NCBI RefSeq assembly: GCF_053078305.1
Contig: NZ_CP166879.1
Reading direction: 5' to 3' (one strand)
Length of the DNA stretch: 64,000 nucleotides
Position 1 is the stretch's first letter. Each line of letters starts with the position of its first letter. Below the pieces are notes generated by a model, which did not search any database, was not told the origin of the DNA, and was given only the letters and a program-made list of their open reading frames with translations. This document shows positions 47,863 to 62,802 of the stretch, piece after piece. A program made the position numbers and the translations under genes.

Positions 47863-49083
47863 ATGAAACGTGCAGTGATTACTGGCCTGGGCATTGTTTC
47901 CAGCATCGGTAATAACCAGCAGGAAGTCCTGGCATCTCTGCGTGAAGGACGTTCAGGGATCACTTTCTCTCAGGAGCTGAAGGATTCCGGCATGCGTAGC
48001 CACGTCTGGGGCAACGTAAAACTGGATACCACTGGCCTCATTGACCGCAAAGTTGTGCGCTTTATGAGCGACGCATCCATTTATGCATTCCTTTCTATGG
48101 AGCAGGCAATCGCAGATGCGGGCCTCTCTCCGGAAGCTTACCAGAATAATCCGCGTGTTGGCCTGATTGCAGGTTCTGGCGGCGGTTCCCCGCGTTTTCA
48201 GGTGTTCGGCGCTGACGCAATGCGCGGCCCGCGCGGCCTGAAAGCGGTTGGCCCGTATGTGGTCACCAAAGCGATGGCATCCGGCGTTTCTGCCTGCCTC
48301 GCCACGCCGTTTAAAATTCATGGCGTTAACTACTCCATCAGCTCCGCGTGTGCGACTTCCGCACACTGTATCGGTAACGCAGTAGAGCAGATCCAACTGG
48401 GCAAACAGGACATCGTGTTTGCTGGCGGCGGCGAAGAGCTGTGCTGGGAAATGGCTTGCGAATTCGACGCAATGGGTGCGCTGTCTACTAAATACAACGA
48501 CACCCCGGAAAAAGCCTCCCGTACTTACGATGCTCACCGTGACGGTTTCGTTATCGCTGGCGGCGGCGGTATGGTGGTGGTTGAAGAGCTGGAACACGCG
48601 CTGGCGCGTGGTGCTCACATCTATGCTGAAATCGTTGGCTACGGCGCAACGTCTGATGGCGCAGACATGGTTGCTCCGTCTGGCGAAGGCGCAGTACGTT
48701 GTATGCAGATGGCGATGCATGGCGTTGATACCCCAATCGATTACCTGAACTCCCACGGTACTTCGACTCCGGTTGGCGACGTGAAAGAGCTGGCAGCTAT
48801 CCGTGAAGTGTTCGGCGATAAGAGCCCGGCGATTTCTGCAACCAAAGCCATGACCGGTCACTCTCTGGGCGCTGCTGGCGTACAGGAAGCTATCTACTCT
48901 CTGCTGATGCTGGAACACGGCTTTATCGCCCCGAGCATCAACATTGAAGAGCTGGACGAGCAGGCTGCGGGTCTGAACATCGTGACCGAAACGACCGATC
49001 GCGAACTGACCACTGTTATGTCTAACAGCTTCGGCTTCGGCGGCACCAACGCCACGCTGGTAATGCGCAAGCTGAAAGATTAA
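47863..49083 (+). CDS. fabB: 3-oxoacyl-ACP synthase I FabB
   Basis: 406-aa product [38 protein letters not shown]... ending ...[14 protein letters not shown]. Confidence 0.95.
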   Translation: MKRAVITGLGIVSSIGNNQQEVLASLREGRSGITFSQELKDSGMRSHVWGNVKLDTTGLIDRKVVRFMSDASIYAFLSMEQAIADAGLSPEAYQNNPRVGLIAGSGGGSPRFQVFGADAMRGPRGLKAVGPYVVTKAMASGVSACLATPFKIHGVNYSISSACATSAHCIGNAVEQIQLGKQDIVFAGGGEELCWEMACEFDAMGALSTKYNDTPEKASRTYDAHRDGFVIAGGGGMVVVEELEHALARGAHIYAEIVGYGATSDGADMVAPSGEGAVRCMQMAMHGVDTPIDYLNSHGTSTPVGDVKELAAIREVFGDKSPAISATKAMTGHSLGAAGVQEAIYSLLMLEHGFIAPSINIEELDEQAAGLNIVTETTDRELTTVMSNSFGFGGTNATLVMRKLKD

Positions 49084-49089
49084 TTCGCA

Positions 49090-49200
49090 GTAGGCCGGAG
49101 TAGTCGGAGTAGGTCGGATAAGACGCGCCAGCGTCGCATCCGACGTTACGCGCCAGCGTCGCATCCGACGTTACGCGCCAATGCGGCATCCGGCACTAAT
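49090..49200. repeat. REP/BIME cluster downstream of fabB
   Basis: Tandem GCGCCAGCGTCGCATCCGACGTTAC units and GTAGGTCGGATAAGACGCG motifs. Confidence 0.8.
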
Positions 49201-49388
49201 GCCAAAGGGAACCCGATGGTTCCCTTTTTCACATCATTGACAATCGCCGCCTGTTCCAGGCAAACTTCCCGCTTTGTCGATTTCCTTCTGAAAAGACGTA
49301 CGCGTTAATTCCTGCCAACGCACCGTAACCCTGAAACCAGAGAGATGAGACGGGGATACTCCTCGCCTTGCGCTGCATTCTGGAGTAA

Positions 49389-51550
<2,162 letters not shown>

Positions 51551-51648
51551 TACGTATCCTTATACCTGAAATCTTCGCAAGTATGCCTGGCCGCGAGATT
51601 ATGGCACACTTGTCCGGTTAACTCTCGTCTCATACAGGTAACACAAAC

Positions 51649-52785
51649 GTGAAAATCCTTGTTGATGAAAATATGCCTTATGCCCGCGACTTATTTAGCC
51701 GTTTGGGTGAGGTGATCGCGGTTCCCGGGCGTCCAATCCCCGTCGCTCAACTGGCAGACGCGGATGCGCTGATGGTGCGTTCGGTCACGAAAGTGAATGA
51801 ATCTTTGCTGGCAGGAAAACCCATTAAATTTGTTGGCACTGCCACTGCGGGGACAGACCATGTCGATGAAGCATGGTTAAAGAAGGCGGGAATTGGTTTT
51901 TCCGCTGCACCTGGCTGTAATGCGATTGCGGTGGTGGAATATGTTCTCTCCTCACTACTGATGCTTGCCGAACGCGATGGATTTTCACTGCACGACCGTA
52001 CGGTGGGGATCGTGGGCGTTGGTAACGTTGGACGTCGATTGCAGGCGCGACTGGAAGCGTTAGGGATTAAAACCTTGCTTTGCGATCCGCCTCGCGCTGA
52101 CCGTGGGGATGAGGGTGATTTCCGCTCGCTGGATGAATTAGTTCAGCATGCGGATATTCTGACTTTCCATACGCCACTCTTCAAAGACGGGCCGTACAAA
52201 ACGCTGCATCTGGCGGATGAAAAACTGATCCGTAGCCTGAAGCCGGGAGCGATTCTGATTAACGCCTGCCGTGGCGCAGTCGTCGATAATACCGCGCTGC
52301 TGACCTGCCTGAATGAAGGCCAGAAGTTAAGCGTGGTGCTGGATGTCTGGGAAGGCGAGCCGGAACTTAATGTGGAATTGCTGACAAAAGTGGATATCGG
52401 TACGCCGCATATTGCAGGCTATACCCTGGAAGGTAAAGCACGCGGTACTACGCAAGTGTTTGAAGCCTATAGCAAGTTTATTGGGCATGAACAGCACGTT
52501 GCGCTGGATACATTACTGCCCGCGCCAGAGTTTGGTCGCATTACTCTGCATGGACCGCTCGATCAACCGACGCTGAAAAGGCTGGTGCATTTGGTGTATG
52601 ATGTGCGCCGCGATGACGCACCGCTGCGTAAAGTCGCCGGGATACCGGGTGAGTTCGATAAACTGCGCAAAAACTATCTTGAGCGCCGTGAATGGTCATC
52701 TCTGTATGTAATTTGTGATGACGCCAGTGCGGCATCATTGCTGTGTAAACTGGGTTTTAACGCCGTTCATCATCCGGCACGTTAA
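51649..52785 (+). CDS. pdxB: Erythronate-4-phosphate dehydrogenase PdxB
   Basis: 378-aa D-2-hydroxyacid dehydrogenase-family product (V)[24 protein letters not shown]...; GTG start. Confidence 0.9.
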   Translation: MKILVDENMPYARDLFSRLGEVIAVPGRPIPVAQLADADALMVRSVTKVNESLLAGKPIKFVGTATAGTDHVDEAWLKKAGIGFSAAPGCNAIAVVEYVLSSLLMLAERDGFSLHDRTVGIVGVGNVGRRLQARLEALGIKTLLCDPPRADRGDEGDFRSLDELVQHADILTFHTPLFKDGPYKTLHLADEKLIRSLKPGAILINACRGAVVDNTALLTCLNEGQKLSVVLDVWEGEPELNVELLTKVDIGTPHIAGYTLEGKARGTTQVFEAYSKFIGHEQHVALDTLLPAPEFGRITLHGPLDQPTLKRLVHLVYDVRRDDAPLRKVAGIPGEFDKLRKNYLERREWSSLYVICDDASAASLLCKLGFNAVHHPAR

Positions 52786-52850
52786 TCTCTTCTTCATGCT
52801 CTCTGCTGTAACATTGGCAGGGAGCTTTGCTATTTCTGGAGTAAACCACC

Positions 52851-53864
52851 ATGTCTGAAGGCTGGAACATTGCCGTCCTGGGCGCAACTGGCGCTGTGGG
52901 CGAAGCCCTGCTTGAAACGCTGGCTGAACGTCAGTTCCCGGTTGGGGAAATTTATGCACTGGCACGTAACGAAAGCGCAGGCGAACAACTGCGCTTTGGT
53001 GGTAAGACAATCACCGTGCAGGATGCTGCTGAATTCGACTGGACGCAGGCGCAGCTGGCATTTTTTGTCGCAGGCAAAGAAGCTACCGCTGCCTGGGTTG
53101 AAGAAGCGACCAACTCAGGTTGCCTGGTGATCGACAGCAGCGGATTGTTTGCTCTCGAACCCGACGTACCGCTGGTGGTGCCGGAAGTAAACCCGTTTGT
53201 ACTGACCGATTACCGCAACCGGAATGTCATCGCCGTACCAGACAGTCTGACCAGCCAGCTGCTGGCGGCACTGAAACCGTTAATCGATCAGGGCGGTTTG
53301 TCGCGTATCAGTGTTACCAGCCTGATTTCAGCCTCCGCCCAGGGCAAAAAAGCGGTCGATGCGTTAGCGGGGCAGAGTGCGAAATTGCTCAACGGCATTC
53401 CGATTGACGAAGAAGATTTCTTCGGGCGTCAGCTCGCGTTCAATATGCTGCCGTTACTGCCGGATAGCGAAGGCAGCGTGCGCGAAGAACGTCGTATCGT
53501 CGATGAAGTGCGCAAAATTTTGCAGGATGAAGGGCTGATGATTTCGGCAAGCGTCGTCCAGGCACCGGTATTTTACGGCCACGCCCAGATGGTCAACTTT
53601 GAAGCTCTGCGTCCGCTGGCGGCAGAAGAAGCGCGTGATGCGTTTGCTCAAGGCGAAGATATTGTGCTCTCTGAAGAGAACGAATTCCCGACTCAGGTGG
53701 GTGACGCTTCCGGGTCTCCGCATCTTTCCGTTGGTTGTGTACGCAATGACTACGGGATGCCGGAGCAAATCCAGTTCTGGTCGGTGGCCGATAACGTTCG
53801 CTTTGGCGGCGCGCTGATGGCAGTAAAAATCGCCGAGAAACTGGTGCAGGAGTATCTGTACTAA
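52851..53864 (+). CDS. usg: Aspartate-semialdehyde dehydrogenase paralogue Usg
   Basis: 337-aa product [30 protein letters not shown]... Confidence 0.85.
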   Translation: MSEGWNIAVLGATGAVGEALLETLAERQFPVGEIYALARNESAGEQLRFGGKTITVQDAAEFDWTQAQLAFFVAGKEATAAWVEEATNSGCLVIDSSGLFALEPDVPLVVPEVNPFVLTDYRNRNVIAVPDSLTSQLLAALKPLIDQGGLSRISVTSLISASAQGKKAVDALAGQSAKLLNGIPIDEEDFFGRQLAFNMLPLLPDSEGSVREERRIVDEVRKILQDEGLMISASVVQAPVFYGHAQMVNFEALRPLAAEEARDAFAQGEDIVLSEENEFPTQVGDASGSPHLSVGCVRNDYGMPEQIQFWSVADNVRFGGALMAVKIAEKLVQEYLY

Positions 53865-54676
53865 TGTCCGACCAGCAACAATCGCCAGTTTATAAAATTG
53901 CGCTGGGTATTGAGTACGACGGCAGCAGGTATTACGGCTGGCAACGGCAGAACGAAGTACGCAGCGTGCAGGAGAAGCTGGAAAAGGCGCTCTCCCAGGT
54001 GGCGAACGAACCCATCACCGTCTTCTGCGCCGGGCGTACTGACGCAGGGGTACACGGTACCGGGCAGGTTGTGCATTTCGAAACAACCGCGCAGCGCAAA
54101 GACGCTGCGTGGACGTTGGGCGTAAATGCGAATTTACCTGGTGACATCGCCGTGCGTTGGGTTAAAGCTGTACCTGATGATTTTCATGCCCGATTTAGCG
54201 CCACGGCTCGCCGTTATCGCTACATCATCTACAATCATCGGCTGCGCCCGGCGGTACTGAGTAAAGGGGTAACCCATTTTTACGAACCGCTGGACGCTGA
54301 ACGGATGCATCGGGCTGCGCAGTGCTTGCTGGGCGAGAATGATTTCACCTCGTTCCGTGCGGTGCAGTGCCAGTCCCGAACCCCGTGGCGCAACGTTATG
54401 CATATTAATGTCACGCGTCACGGTCCTTATGTGGTGGTTGATATCAAAGCGAATGCCTTTGTACATCATATGGTCAGGAATATTGTCGGCAGCCTGATGG
54501 AAGTCGGTGCCCACAACCAGCCGGAGAGCTGGATAGCAGAGTTGCTGGCGGCAAAGGACAGAACGCTGGCGGCAGCAACGGCAAAAGCGGAAGGGCTGTA
54601 TCTGGTCGCGGTGGATTACCCTGACCGGTTTGATCTTCCAAAACCGCCAATGGGCCCGCTATTTCTGGCGGACTAA
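53864..54676 (+). CDS. truA: tRNA pseudouridine(38-40) synthase TruA
   Basis: 270-aa product [29 protein letters not shown]... Confidence 0.92.
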   Translation: MSDQQQSPVYKIALGIEYDGSRYYGWQRQNEVRSVQEKLEKALSQVANEPITVFCAGRTDAGVHGTGQVVHFETTAQRKDAAWTLGVNANLPGDIAVRWVKAVPDDFHARFSATARRYRYIIYNHRLRPAVLSKGVTHFYEPLDAERMHRAAQCLLGENDFTSFRAVQCQSRTPWRNVMHINVTRHGPYVVVDIKANAFVHHMVRNIVGSLMEVGAHNQPESWIAELLAAKDRTLAAATAKAEGLYLVAVDYPDRFDLPKPPMGPLFLAD

Positions 54677-54758
54677 CGAGAATAATGCTCGGAACATTTC
54701 AGGCTGTAGCCAACGTAGTTACAGCCTGAAAGATGACGAGTACAAGGCATAGGCAAAT

Positions 54759-55418
54759 ATGGACCTGATTTATTTCCTCATCGATTTTATCCTGCACATT
54801 GACGTGCATCTGGCAGAGCTGGTCGCGGAGTACGGCGTCTGGGTTTATGCCATTTTGTTCTTAATTTTGTTCTGTGAAACCGGTCTGGTGGTAACGCCGT
54901 TTTTACCGGGTGATTCATTGCTGTTTGTTGCCGGAGCGTTGGCATCACTGGAAACCAACGATCTCAACGTCCATATGATGGTGGTGCTGATGCTGATCGC
55001 CGCGATTGTGGGTGACGCGGTCAATTACACTATCGGGCGGTTGTTCGGTGAAAAGTTATTCAGTAATCCCAATTCGAAAATTTTCCGTCGCAGTTATCTC
55101 GACAAAACCCATCAGTTTTATGAGAAACATGGCGGCAAAACGATTATTCTCGCCCGTTTTGTGCCGATCGTCAGAACGTTCGCCCCGTTTGTTGCGGGAA
55201 TGGGCCACATGTCGTACCGTCATTTCGCCGCTTATAACGTGATCGGCGCACTGTTGTGGGTACTGCTTTTTACCTACGCAGGCTATTTCTTCGGTACAAT
55301 CCCGATGGTTCAGGATAACCTTAAGCTGCTGATCGTCGGGATTATTGTGGTTTCTATTTTGCCGGGCGTCATCGAAATAATCCGTCACAAACGCGCTGCG
55401 GCACGCGCCGCAAAATAA
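54759..55418 (+). CDS. dedA: DedA-family inner-membrane protein
   Basis: 219-aa product [56 protein letters not shown]... Confidence 0.88.
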   Translation: MDLIYFLIDFILHIDVHLAELVAEYGVWVYAILFLILFCETGLVVTPFLPGDSLLFVAGALASLETNDLNVHMMVVLMLIAAIVGDAVNYTIGRLFGEKLFSNPNSKIFRRSYLDKTHQFYEKHGGKTIILARFVPIVRTFAPFVAGMGHMSYRHFAAYNVIGALLWVLLFTYAGYFFGTIPMVQDNLKLLIVGIIVVSILPGVIEIIRHKRAAARAAK

Positions 55419-55573
55419 AAAGTAACTCCGCGGTTCGACCACTTTTTTATCCAAAGTTTCGGGCTGTTATGTTTTAATGTGCAACATTCATGGTCTGTTG
55501 GGGGCAAAAATGGCATTATGCGTCCCCAAAGATAAAACTGGCATCGAACCAGGTTCAGACAGAAAGGTCCCTA

Positions 55574-56488
55574 ATGAGCTGGATTGAACGAATTAAAAGC
55601 AACATTACTCCCACCCGCAAGGCGAGCATTCCTGAAGGGGTGTGGACTAAGTGTGATAGCTGCGGTCAGGTTTTATACCGCGCTGAGCTGGAACGTAATC
55701 TTGAGGTCTGTCCGAAGTGTGACCATCACATGCGTATGACAGCGCGTAATCGCCTGCATAGCCTGTTAGATGAAGGAAGCCTTGTGGAGCTGGGTAGCGA
55801 GCTTGAGCCGAAAGATGTGCTGAAGTTTCGTGACTCCAAGAAGTATAAAGACCGTCTGGCATCTGCGCAGAAAGAAACCGGCGAAAAAGATGCGCTGGTG
55901 GTGATGAAAGGCACTCTGTATGGAATGCCGGTTGTCGCTGCGGCATTCGAGTTCGCCTTTATGGGCGGTTCAATGGGGTCTGTTGTGGGTGCACGTTTCG
56001 TGCGTGCCGTTGAGCAGGCGCTGGAAGATAACTGCCCACTGATCTGCTTCTCCGCCTCTGGTGGCGCACGTATGCAGGAAGCACTGATGTCGCTGATGCA
56101 GATGGCGAAAACCTCTGCGGCACTGGCAAAAATGCAGGAGCGCGGCTTGCCGTACATCTCCGTGCTGACCGACCCGACGATGGGCGGTGTTTCTGCAAGT
56201 TTCGCCATGCTGGGCGATCTCAACATCGCTGAACCTAAAGCGTTAATCGGCTTTGCCGGTCCGCGTGTTATCGAACAGACCGTTCGCGAAAAACTGCCGC
56301 CAGGATTCCAGCGCAGTGAATTCCTGATCGAGAAAGGCGCGATCGACATGATCGTCCGTCGTCCGGAAATGCGCCTGAAACTGGCGAGCATTCTGGCGAA
56401 GTTGATGAATCTGCCAGCGCCGAATCCTGAAGCGCCGCGTGAAGGCGTAGTGGTACCCCCGGTACCGGATCAGGAACCTGAGGCCTGA
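55574..56488 (+). CDS. accD: Acetyl-CoA carboxylase carboxyltransferase beta subunit AccD
   Basis: [54 protein letters not shown]... (zinc ribbon plus CT domain); start at the internal Met of the track ORF. Confidence 0.92.
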
Positions 56489-56498
56489 TAACTGATAA

Positions 56499-56528
56499 GG
56501 GCAGGGCCACTGGCTCTGCCCTTTTGCT
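56499..56528 (+). terminator. Rho-independent terminator after accD
   Basis: GGGCAGGGCC-ACTG-GCTCTGCCC followed by TTTTG. Confidence 0.65.
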
Positions 56529-56557
56529 ATTCTCACCGTAACGAATCAGCGGATACC

Positions 56558-57826
56558 ATGATTATCAAACGCACTCCTCAAGCCGCGTCGCCTCTGGCTT
56601 CGTGGCTTTCTTATCTGGAAAACCTGCACAGTAAAACTATCGATCTCGGCCTTGAGCGCGTGAGCCAGGTCGCGGCGCGTCTTGGCGTTCTGAAACCAGC
56701 GCCATTTGTGTTTACCGTTGCGGGTACGAATGGCAAAGGCACCACCTGCCGTACGCTGGAGTCGATTCTGATGGCGGCAGGGTACAAAGTGGGCGTCTAC
56801 AGTTCGCCGCATCTGGTGCGTTATACCGAGCGCGTACGTGTGCAGGGTCAGGAATTGCCGGAATCGGCCCACACTGCCTCTTTTGCGGAGATTGAATCGG
56901 CACGCGGTGATATTTCCCTGACCTATTTCGAGTACGGTACGCTGTCGGCGTTGTGGCTGTTCAAACAGGCACAACTTGACGTGGTGATTCTGGAAGTAGG
57001 GCTGGGCGGTCGTCTGGACGCAACCAATATTGTCGACGCCGATGTCGCGGTAGTAACCAGCATTGCGCTGGATCATACCGACTGGCTGGGGCCAGATCGC
57101 GAAAGTATTGGTCGCGAGAAAGCAGGCATCTTTCGCAGCGAAAAACCGGCAATTGTCGGTGAGCCGGAAATGCCTTCTACCATTGCTGATGTAGCGCAGG
57201 AAAAAGGTGCACTGTTACAACGTCGGGGCGTTGAGTGGAACTATTCCGTCACCGATCATGACTGGGCGTTTAGCGATGCTCACGGCACGCTGGAAAACCT
57301 GCCGTTGCCGCTTGTCCCGCAACCGAATGCCGCAACGGCGCTGGCGGCACTGCGTGCCAGCGGGCTGGAGGTCAGTGAAAATGCCATTCGCGACGGGATT
57401 GCCAGCGCAATTTTGCCGGGACGTTTCCAGATTGTGAGCGAGTCGCCACGCGTTATTTTTGATGTCGCGCATAATCCACATGCGGCGGAATATCTCACCG
57501 GGCGTATGAAAACGCTACCGAAAAACGGGCGCGTGCTGGCGGTTATCGGTATGCTACATGATAAAGATATTGCCGGAACTCTGGCCTGGTTGAAAAGCGT
57601 GGTTGATGACTGGTATTGTGCGCCACTGGAAGGGCCGCGCGGTGCCACGGCAGAACAACTGCTTGAGCATTTGGGTAACGGCAAATCATTTGATAGCGTT
57701 GCGCAGGCATGGGATGCCGCAATGGCGGACGCTAAAGCGGAAGACACCGTGCTGGTGTGTGGTTCGTTCCACACGGTCGCACATGTCATGGAAGTGATTG
57801 ACGCGAGGAGAAGCGGTGGCAAGTAA
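56558..57826 (+). CDS. folC: Dihydrofolate synthase / folylpolyglutamate synthase FolC
   Basis: 422-aa product MIIKRTPQAASPLASWLSYLENLHSKTIDLGLERV... with P-loop GTNGKGTT. Confidence 0.92.
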   Translation: MIIKRTPQAASPLASWLSYLENLHSKTIDLGLERVSQVAARLGVLKPAPFVFTVAGTNGKGTTCRTLESILMAAGYKVGVYSSPHLVRYTERVRVQGQELPESAHTASFAEIESARGDISLTYFEYGTLSALWLFKQAQLDVVILEVGLGGRLDATNIVDADVAVVTSIALDHTDWLGPDRESIGREKAGIFRSEKPAIVGEPEMPSTIADVAQEKGALLQRRGVEWNYSVTDHDWAFSDAHGTLENLPLPLVPQPNAATALAALRASGLEVSENAIRDGIASAILPGRFQIVSESPRVIFDVAHNPHAAEYLTGRMKTLPKNGRVLAVIGMLHDKDIAGTLAWLKSVVDDWYCAPLEGPRGATAEQLLEHLGNGKSFDSVAQAWDAAMADAKAEDTVLVCGSFHTVAHVMEVIDARRSGGK

Positions 57827-58478
57827 GTTTCAGAATCGGTTAGTGGGCACGATCGTGCTGGTGGCGCTGGGGGTGATTGTACTTCCAGGGCTGCTGGACG
57901 GGCAGAAAAAACATTATCAGGATGAGTTTGCGGCTATCCCGCTGGTGCCAAAAGCGGGCGATCGCGATGAGCCTGATATGATGCCAGCCGCCACCCAGGC
58001 GTTGCCGACGCAACCGCCGGAAGGCGCAGCGGAAGAGGTGCGGGCAGGTGATGCCGCAGCACCGTCGCTCGATCCGGCCACTATTGCAGCCAATAACACC
58101 GAGTTTGAACCGGAACCTGCACCGGTCGTCCCACCGAAGCCGAAACCGGTGGAGCCGCCTAAGCCGAAGGTTGAAGCACCACCTGCGCCGAAGCCAGAAC
58201 CGAAGCCGGTCGTGGAAGAAAAAGCAGCGCCAACGGGTAAAGCCTATGTTGTGCAACTGGGCGCGCTGAAAAATGTCGATAAAGTGAATGAGATTGTCGG
58301 TAAGCTGCGCGGTGCCGGTTATCGGGTTTATACGTCGCCATCCACGCCAGTGCAGGGTAAAATTACCCGTATTCTGGTTGGGCCAGATGCCTCGAAAGAT
58401 AAGCTGAAAGGATCGCTGGGTGAGTTGAAGCAACTTTCTGGCTTAAGTGGCGTGGTAATGGGCTACACGCCGAATTAA
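57816..58478 (+). CDS. dedD: Cell division protein DedD (SPOR domain)
   Basis: (V)ASKFQNRLVGTIVLVALGVIVLPGLLDGQ..., Pro/Lys-rich linker and C-terminal SPOR domain; GTG start overlapping the folC end. Confidence 0.8.
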   Translation: MASKFQNRLVGTIVLVALGVIVLPGLLDGQKKHYQDEFAAIPLVPKAGDRDEPDMMPAATQALPTQPPEGAAEEVRAGDAAAPSLDPATIAANNTEFEPEPAPVVPPKPKPVEPPKPKVEAPPAPKPEPKPVVEEKAAPTGKAYVVQLGALKNVDKVNEIVGKLRGAGYRVYTSPSTPVQGKITRILVGPDASKDKLKGSLGELKQLSGLSGVVMGYTPN

Positions 58479-58483
58479 TACGG

Positions 58484-58680
<197 letters not shown>

Positions 58681-58755
58681 CAAAGGCATAAAAAGTCGAT
58701 GGCGTTGAATATTTTTTCAGCGCCATTTTTATTGATGCGCGGGAAGGAAATCCCT

Positions 58756-58770
58756 ACGCAAACGTTTTCT
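58756..58770. promoter_or_regulatory. PurR operator (PUR box) at the cvpA-purF promoter
   Basis: ACGCAAACGTTTTCT matches the PurR box consensus, ~60 bp upstream of cvpA. Confidence 0.65.
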
Positions 58771-58827
58771 TTTTCTGTTAGAATGCGCCCCGAACAGGAT
58801 GACAGGGCGTAAAATCGTGGGACACAT

Positions 58828-59316
58828 ATGGTCTGGATTGATTACGCCATAATCGCGGTGATTGCTTTTTCCTCTCTGGTTAGCCTGATCCGCGGCTTTG
58901 TTCGTGAAGCGTTATCGCTGGTGACATGGGGTTGTGCTTTCTTTGTTGCCAGTCATTACTACACTTACCTGTCAGTCTGGTTTACGGGCTTTGAAGACGA
59001 ACTGGTTCGAAATGGGATTGCCATCGCGGTCCTGTTTATCGCCACCCTGATCGTTGGCGCTATCGTGAACTTCGTGATAGGCCAGCTGGTGGAGAAAACG
59101 GGGTTGTCAGGCACCGATCGGGTGCTGGGCGTCTGTTTCGGTGCATTGCGCGGTGTGTTGATTGTTGCTGCTATTCTCTTCTTTCTCGACTCCTTTACCG
59201 GGGTGTCGAAAAGCGAAGACTGGAGTAAATCACAACTGATTCCGCAGTTCAGTTTTATCATCAGATGGTTTTTTGATTATCTGCAAAGCTCGTCAAGTTT
59301 CTTGCCCAGAGCGTAA
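58828..59316 (+). CDS. cvpA: Colicin V production / membrane protein CvpA
   Basis: 162-aa membrane protein MVWIDYAIIAVIAFSSLVSLIRGFVREALSLVTW... Confidence 0.88.
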   Translation: MVWIDYAIIAVIAFSSLVSLIRGFVREALSLVTWGCAFFVASHYYTYLSVWFTGFEDELVRNGIAIAVLFIATLIVGAIVNFVIGQLVEKTGLSGTDRVLGVCFGALRGVLIVAAILFFLDSFTGVSKSEDWSKSQLIPQFSFIIRWFFDYLQSSSSFLPRA

Positions 59317-59352
59317 GTGCTCTGAGATGTGGCTTAACGAGGAAAAAGACGT

Positions 59353-60870
59353 ATGTGCGGTATTGTCGGTATCGCCGGTGTTATGCCGGTTAACCAGTCG
59401 ATTTATGATGCCTTAACGGTGCTTCAGCATCGCGGTCAGGATGCCGCCGGCATCATCACCATAGATGCCAATAACTGCTTCCGTTTGCGTAAAGCGAACG
59501 GGCTGGTGAGCGATGTATTTGAAGCTCGCCATATGCAGCGTTTGCAGGGCAATATGGGCATTGGTCATGTGCGTTACCCCACGGCTGGCAGCTCCAGCGC
59601 CTCTGAAGCGCAGCCGTTTTACGTTAACTCCCCGTATGGCATTACGCTTGCCCACAACGGCAATCTGACCAACGCTCACGAGTTGCGTAAAAAACTGTTT
59701 GAAGAAAAACGCCGCCACATCAACACCACTTCCGACTCGGAAATTCTGCTTAATATCTTCGCCAGCGAGCTGGACAACTTCCGCCACTACCCGCTGGAAG
59801 CCGACAACATTTTCGCCGCCATCGCTGCTACAAACCGCTTAATCCGCGGCGCGTATGCCTGTGTGGCGATGATTATCGGCCACGGTATGGTTGCTTTCCG
59901 CGATCCGAACGGTATTCGTCCGCTCGTACTGGGAAAACGTGATATTGACGAGAACCGCACAGAATATATGGTCGCTTCCGAAAGCGTTGCGCTCGATACA
60001 CTGGGCTTTGATTTCCTGCGTGACGTCGCGCCTGGCGAAGCGATTTACATTACTGAAGAAGGGCAGTTGTTTACCCGTCAATGTGCTGACAATCCGGTCA
60101 GCAATCCGTGCCTGTTTGAGTATGTATACTTTGCTCGCCCGGACTCGTTTATCGACAAAATTTCCGTTTACAGCGCGCGTGTGAATATGGGCACGAAGCT
60201 GGGCGAGAAAATTGCCCGCGAATGGGAAGATCTGGATATCGACGTGGTGATCCCGATCCCGGAAACCTCGTGTGATATCGCGCTGGAAATTGCGCGTATT
60301 CTGGGCAAACCGTACCGCCAGGGCTTCGTTAAAAACCGCTATGTTGGCCGCACCTTCATCATGCCGGGCCAGCAGCTGCGTCGTAAGTCCGTGCGCCGTA
60401 AACTGAACGCCAACCGCGCCGAGTTCCGCGATAAAAACGTCCTGCTGGTCGACGACTCTATCGTCCGTGGCACCACTTCTGAGCAGATTATCGAGATGGC
60501 ACGCGAAGCCGGAGCGAAGAAAGTGTACCTCGCTTCTGCGGCACCGGAAATTCGCTTCCCGAACGTTTACGGTATCGATATGCCGAGCGCTACGGAACTG
60601 ATCGCTCACGGTCGCGAAGTAGATGAAATTCGCCAGATCATCGGTGCTGACGGGTTGATTTTCCAGGATCTGAACGATCTGATCGACGCCGTTCGCGCTG
60701 AAAACCCGGATATCCAGCAGTTTGAATGCTCGGTGTTCAACGGCGTCTACGTCACCAAAGATGTTGATCAGGGCTACCTCGATTTCCTCGATACTTTACG
60801 TAATGACGACGCCAAAGCAGTGCAACGTCAGAACGAAGTGGAAAATCTCGAAATGCATAACGAAGGATGA
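59353..60870 (+). CDS. purF: Amidophosphoribosyltransferase PurF
   Basis: 505-aa product [34 protein letters not shown]... Confidence 0.95.
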
Positions 60871-60964
60871 TGCCTTCGCTCAGGGTGCCGGTCTGGCACC
60901 CTGACTTGCAACTCCCGCCGAAATCCTGCAAAGTCTGCCTGCAAGTCTGACAGGGCAACTATTT

Positions 60965-61534
60965 ATGAAACGACTTATTGTGGGCATCAGCGGTGCCAGC
61001 GGCGCGATTTATGGCGTGCGCTTATTACAGGTTCTGCGCGATGTCACAGATATCGAAACGCATCTGGTAATGAGCCAGGCGGCGCGCCAGACCTTATCCC
61101 TCGAAACGGATTTTTCCCTGCGCGAAGTGCAGGCGTTAGCCGATGTCACGCACGATGCGCGCGATATTGCCGCCAGCATCTCTTCCGGTTCTTTCCAGAC
61201 GCTGGGGATGGTGATTTTACCCTGTTCAATCAAAACCCTTTCCGGCATTGTCCATAGCTATACTGATGGCTTACTGACCCGTGCGGCAGATGTGGTGCTG
61301 AAAGAGCGTCGCCCGTTGGTGCTCTGCGTGCGTGAAACACCATTGCACTTAGGTCATCTGCGTTTAATGACTCAGGCAGCAGAAATCGGTGCGGTGATTA
61401 TGCCTCCCGTTCCGGCGTTTTATCATCGCCCGCAATCCCTTGATGATGTGATAAATCAGACGGTTAATCGTGTTCTTGACCAGTTTGCAATAACCCTTCC
61501 TGAAGATCTCTTTGCCCGCTGGCAGGGCGCATAA
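60965..61534 (+). CDS. ubiX: Flavin prenyltransferase UbiX
   Basis: 189-aa product MKRLIVGISGASGAIYGVRLLQVLRD... Confidence 0.92.
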   Translation: MKRLIVGISGASGAIYGVRLLQVLRDVTDIETHLVMSQAARQTLSLETDFSLREVQALADVTHDARDIAASISSGSFQTLGMVILPCSIKTLSGIVHSYTDGLLTRAADVVLKERRPLVLCVRETPLHLGHLRLMTQAAEIGAVIMPPVPAFYHRPQSLDDVINQTVNRVLDQFAITLPEDLFARWQGA

Positions 61535-61799
61535 CCCCGCTGTTGCCCTGTTTCAGGGCAATTTTGCAACCGCGATCAAATCCTCGACATTTTGTTTCTG
61601 CCATTCAATCGAAACGCTGCGATTCAACCGCTATACCTGCTATCTTCAACTTCAGGACAATAATGCAACGTCTTATTAACACATTTAACGTTGAATGTTA
61701 CTGTTGTCGTCAAGATGGCATAAGACCTGCATGAAAGAGCCTGCAAACACACAACACAATACACAACATAAAAAAGCCATTTTCACTTGAGGGTTATGT

Positions 61800-62582
61800 A
61801 TGAAGAAGTCGATTCTCGCTCTGTCTTTGTTAGTCGGTCTCTCCGCAGCGGCTTCCAGCTATGCGGCGCTACCGGAGACGGTACGTATCGGAACCGATAC
61901 CACCTATGCGCCGTTCTCGTCGAAAGATGCTAAAGGTGATTTTGTTGGCTTTGATATCGATCTCGGTAACGAGATGTGCAAACGGATGCAGGTGAAATGT
62001 ACCTGGGTTGCCAGTGACTTTGACGCGCTGATCCCCTCACTGAAAGCGAAAAAAATCGACGCCATTATTTCGTCGCTCTCCATTACCGATAAACGTCAGC
62101 AGGAGATTGCTTTCTCCGACAAGTTGTACGCCGCAGATTCTCGTTTGATTGCCGCCAAAGGTTCGCCGATTCAGCCAACGCTGGATTCACTGAAAGGTAA
62201 ACATGTTGGTGTGCTGCAGGGATCAACCCAGGAAGCTTACGCTAACGAGACCTGGCGTAGCAAAGGTGTGGATGTGGTGGCCTATGCCAACCAGGATTTG
62301 GTCTATTCCGATCTGGCTGCAGGACGTCTGGATGCTGCACTGCAGGATGAAGTTGCTGCCAGCGAAGGATTCCTCAAGCAACCTGCTGGTAAAGACTTCG
62401 CCTTTGCTGGCTCATCAGTAAAAGACAAAAAATACTTCGGTGATGGCACCGGTGTAGGGCTACGTAAAGATGATGCTGAACTGACGGCTGCTTTCAATAA
62501 GGCGCTTGGCGAGCTGCGTCAGGACGGCACCTACGACAAGATGGCGAAAAAGTATTTCGACTTTAATGTCTACGGTGACTGA
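61800..62582 (+). CDS. argT: Lysine/arginine/ornithine-binding periplasmic protein ArgT
   Basis: 260-aa product with signal peptide, paralogous to the downstream hisJ. Confidence 0.9.
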   Translation: MKKSILALSLLVGLSAAASSYAALPETVRIGTDTTYAPFSSKDAKGDFVGFDIDLGNEMCKRMQVKCTWVASDFDALIPSLKAKKIDAIISSLSITDKRQQEIAFSDKLYAADSRLIAAKGSPIQPTLDSLKGKHVGVLQGSTQEAYANETWRSKGVDVVAYANQDLVYSDLAAGRLDAALQDEVAASEGFLKQPAGKDFAFAGSSVKDKKYFGDGTGVGLRKDDAELTAAFNKALGELRQDGTYDKMAKKYFDFNVYGD

Positions 62583-62802
62583 TACGTCGCTGGGAAGCGG
62601 TACCTGATGGAATGATCATCATGGTGCACGCCAGGTTTGTTGCACTATCGTGGTGCATTGAAATGCATACTTAAGCATTTTTAATGAAAAATAATACGTC
62701 TAACGGGGCGGGATATTTTGCCTTGATGGTCAATTTTATGGCACGATAAGTGTAACAAACCTGTAAATATTCCCTATAAAAAGACTGTCAGTTGAGGACA
62801 TT

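Noticed and set aside
47953-49164. 403-aa minus-strand ORF overlapping fabB
   Set aside because: Antisense to the highly conserved fabB gene; shadow ORF.
55726-56391. 221-aa minus-strand ORF within accD
   Set aside because: Antisense shadow ORF of accD.
59839-60609. 256-aa minus-strand ORF within purF
   Set aside because: Antisense shadow ORF of purF.
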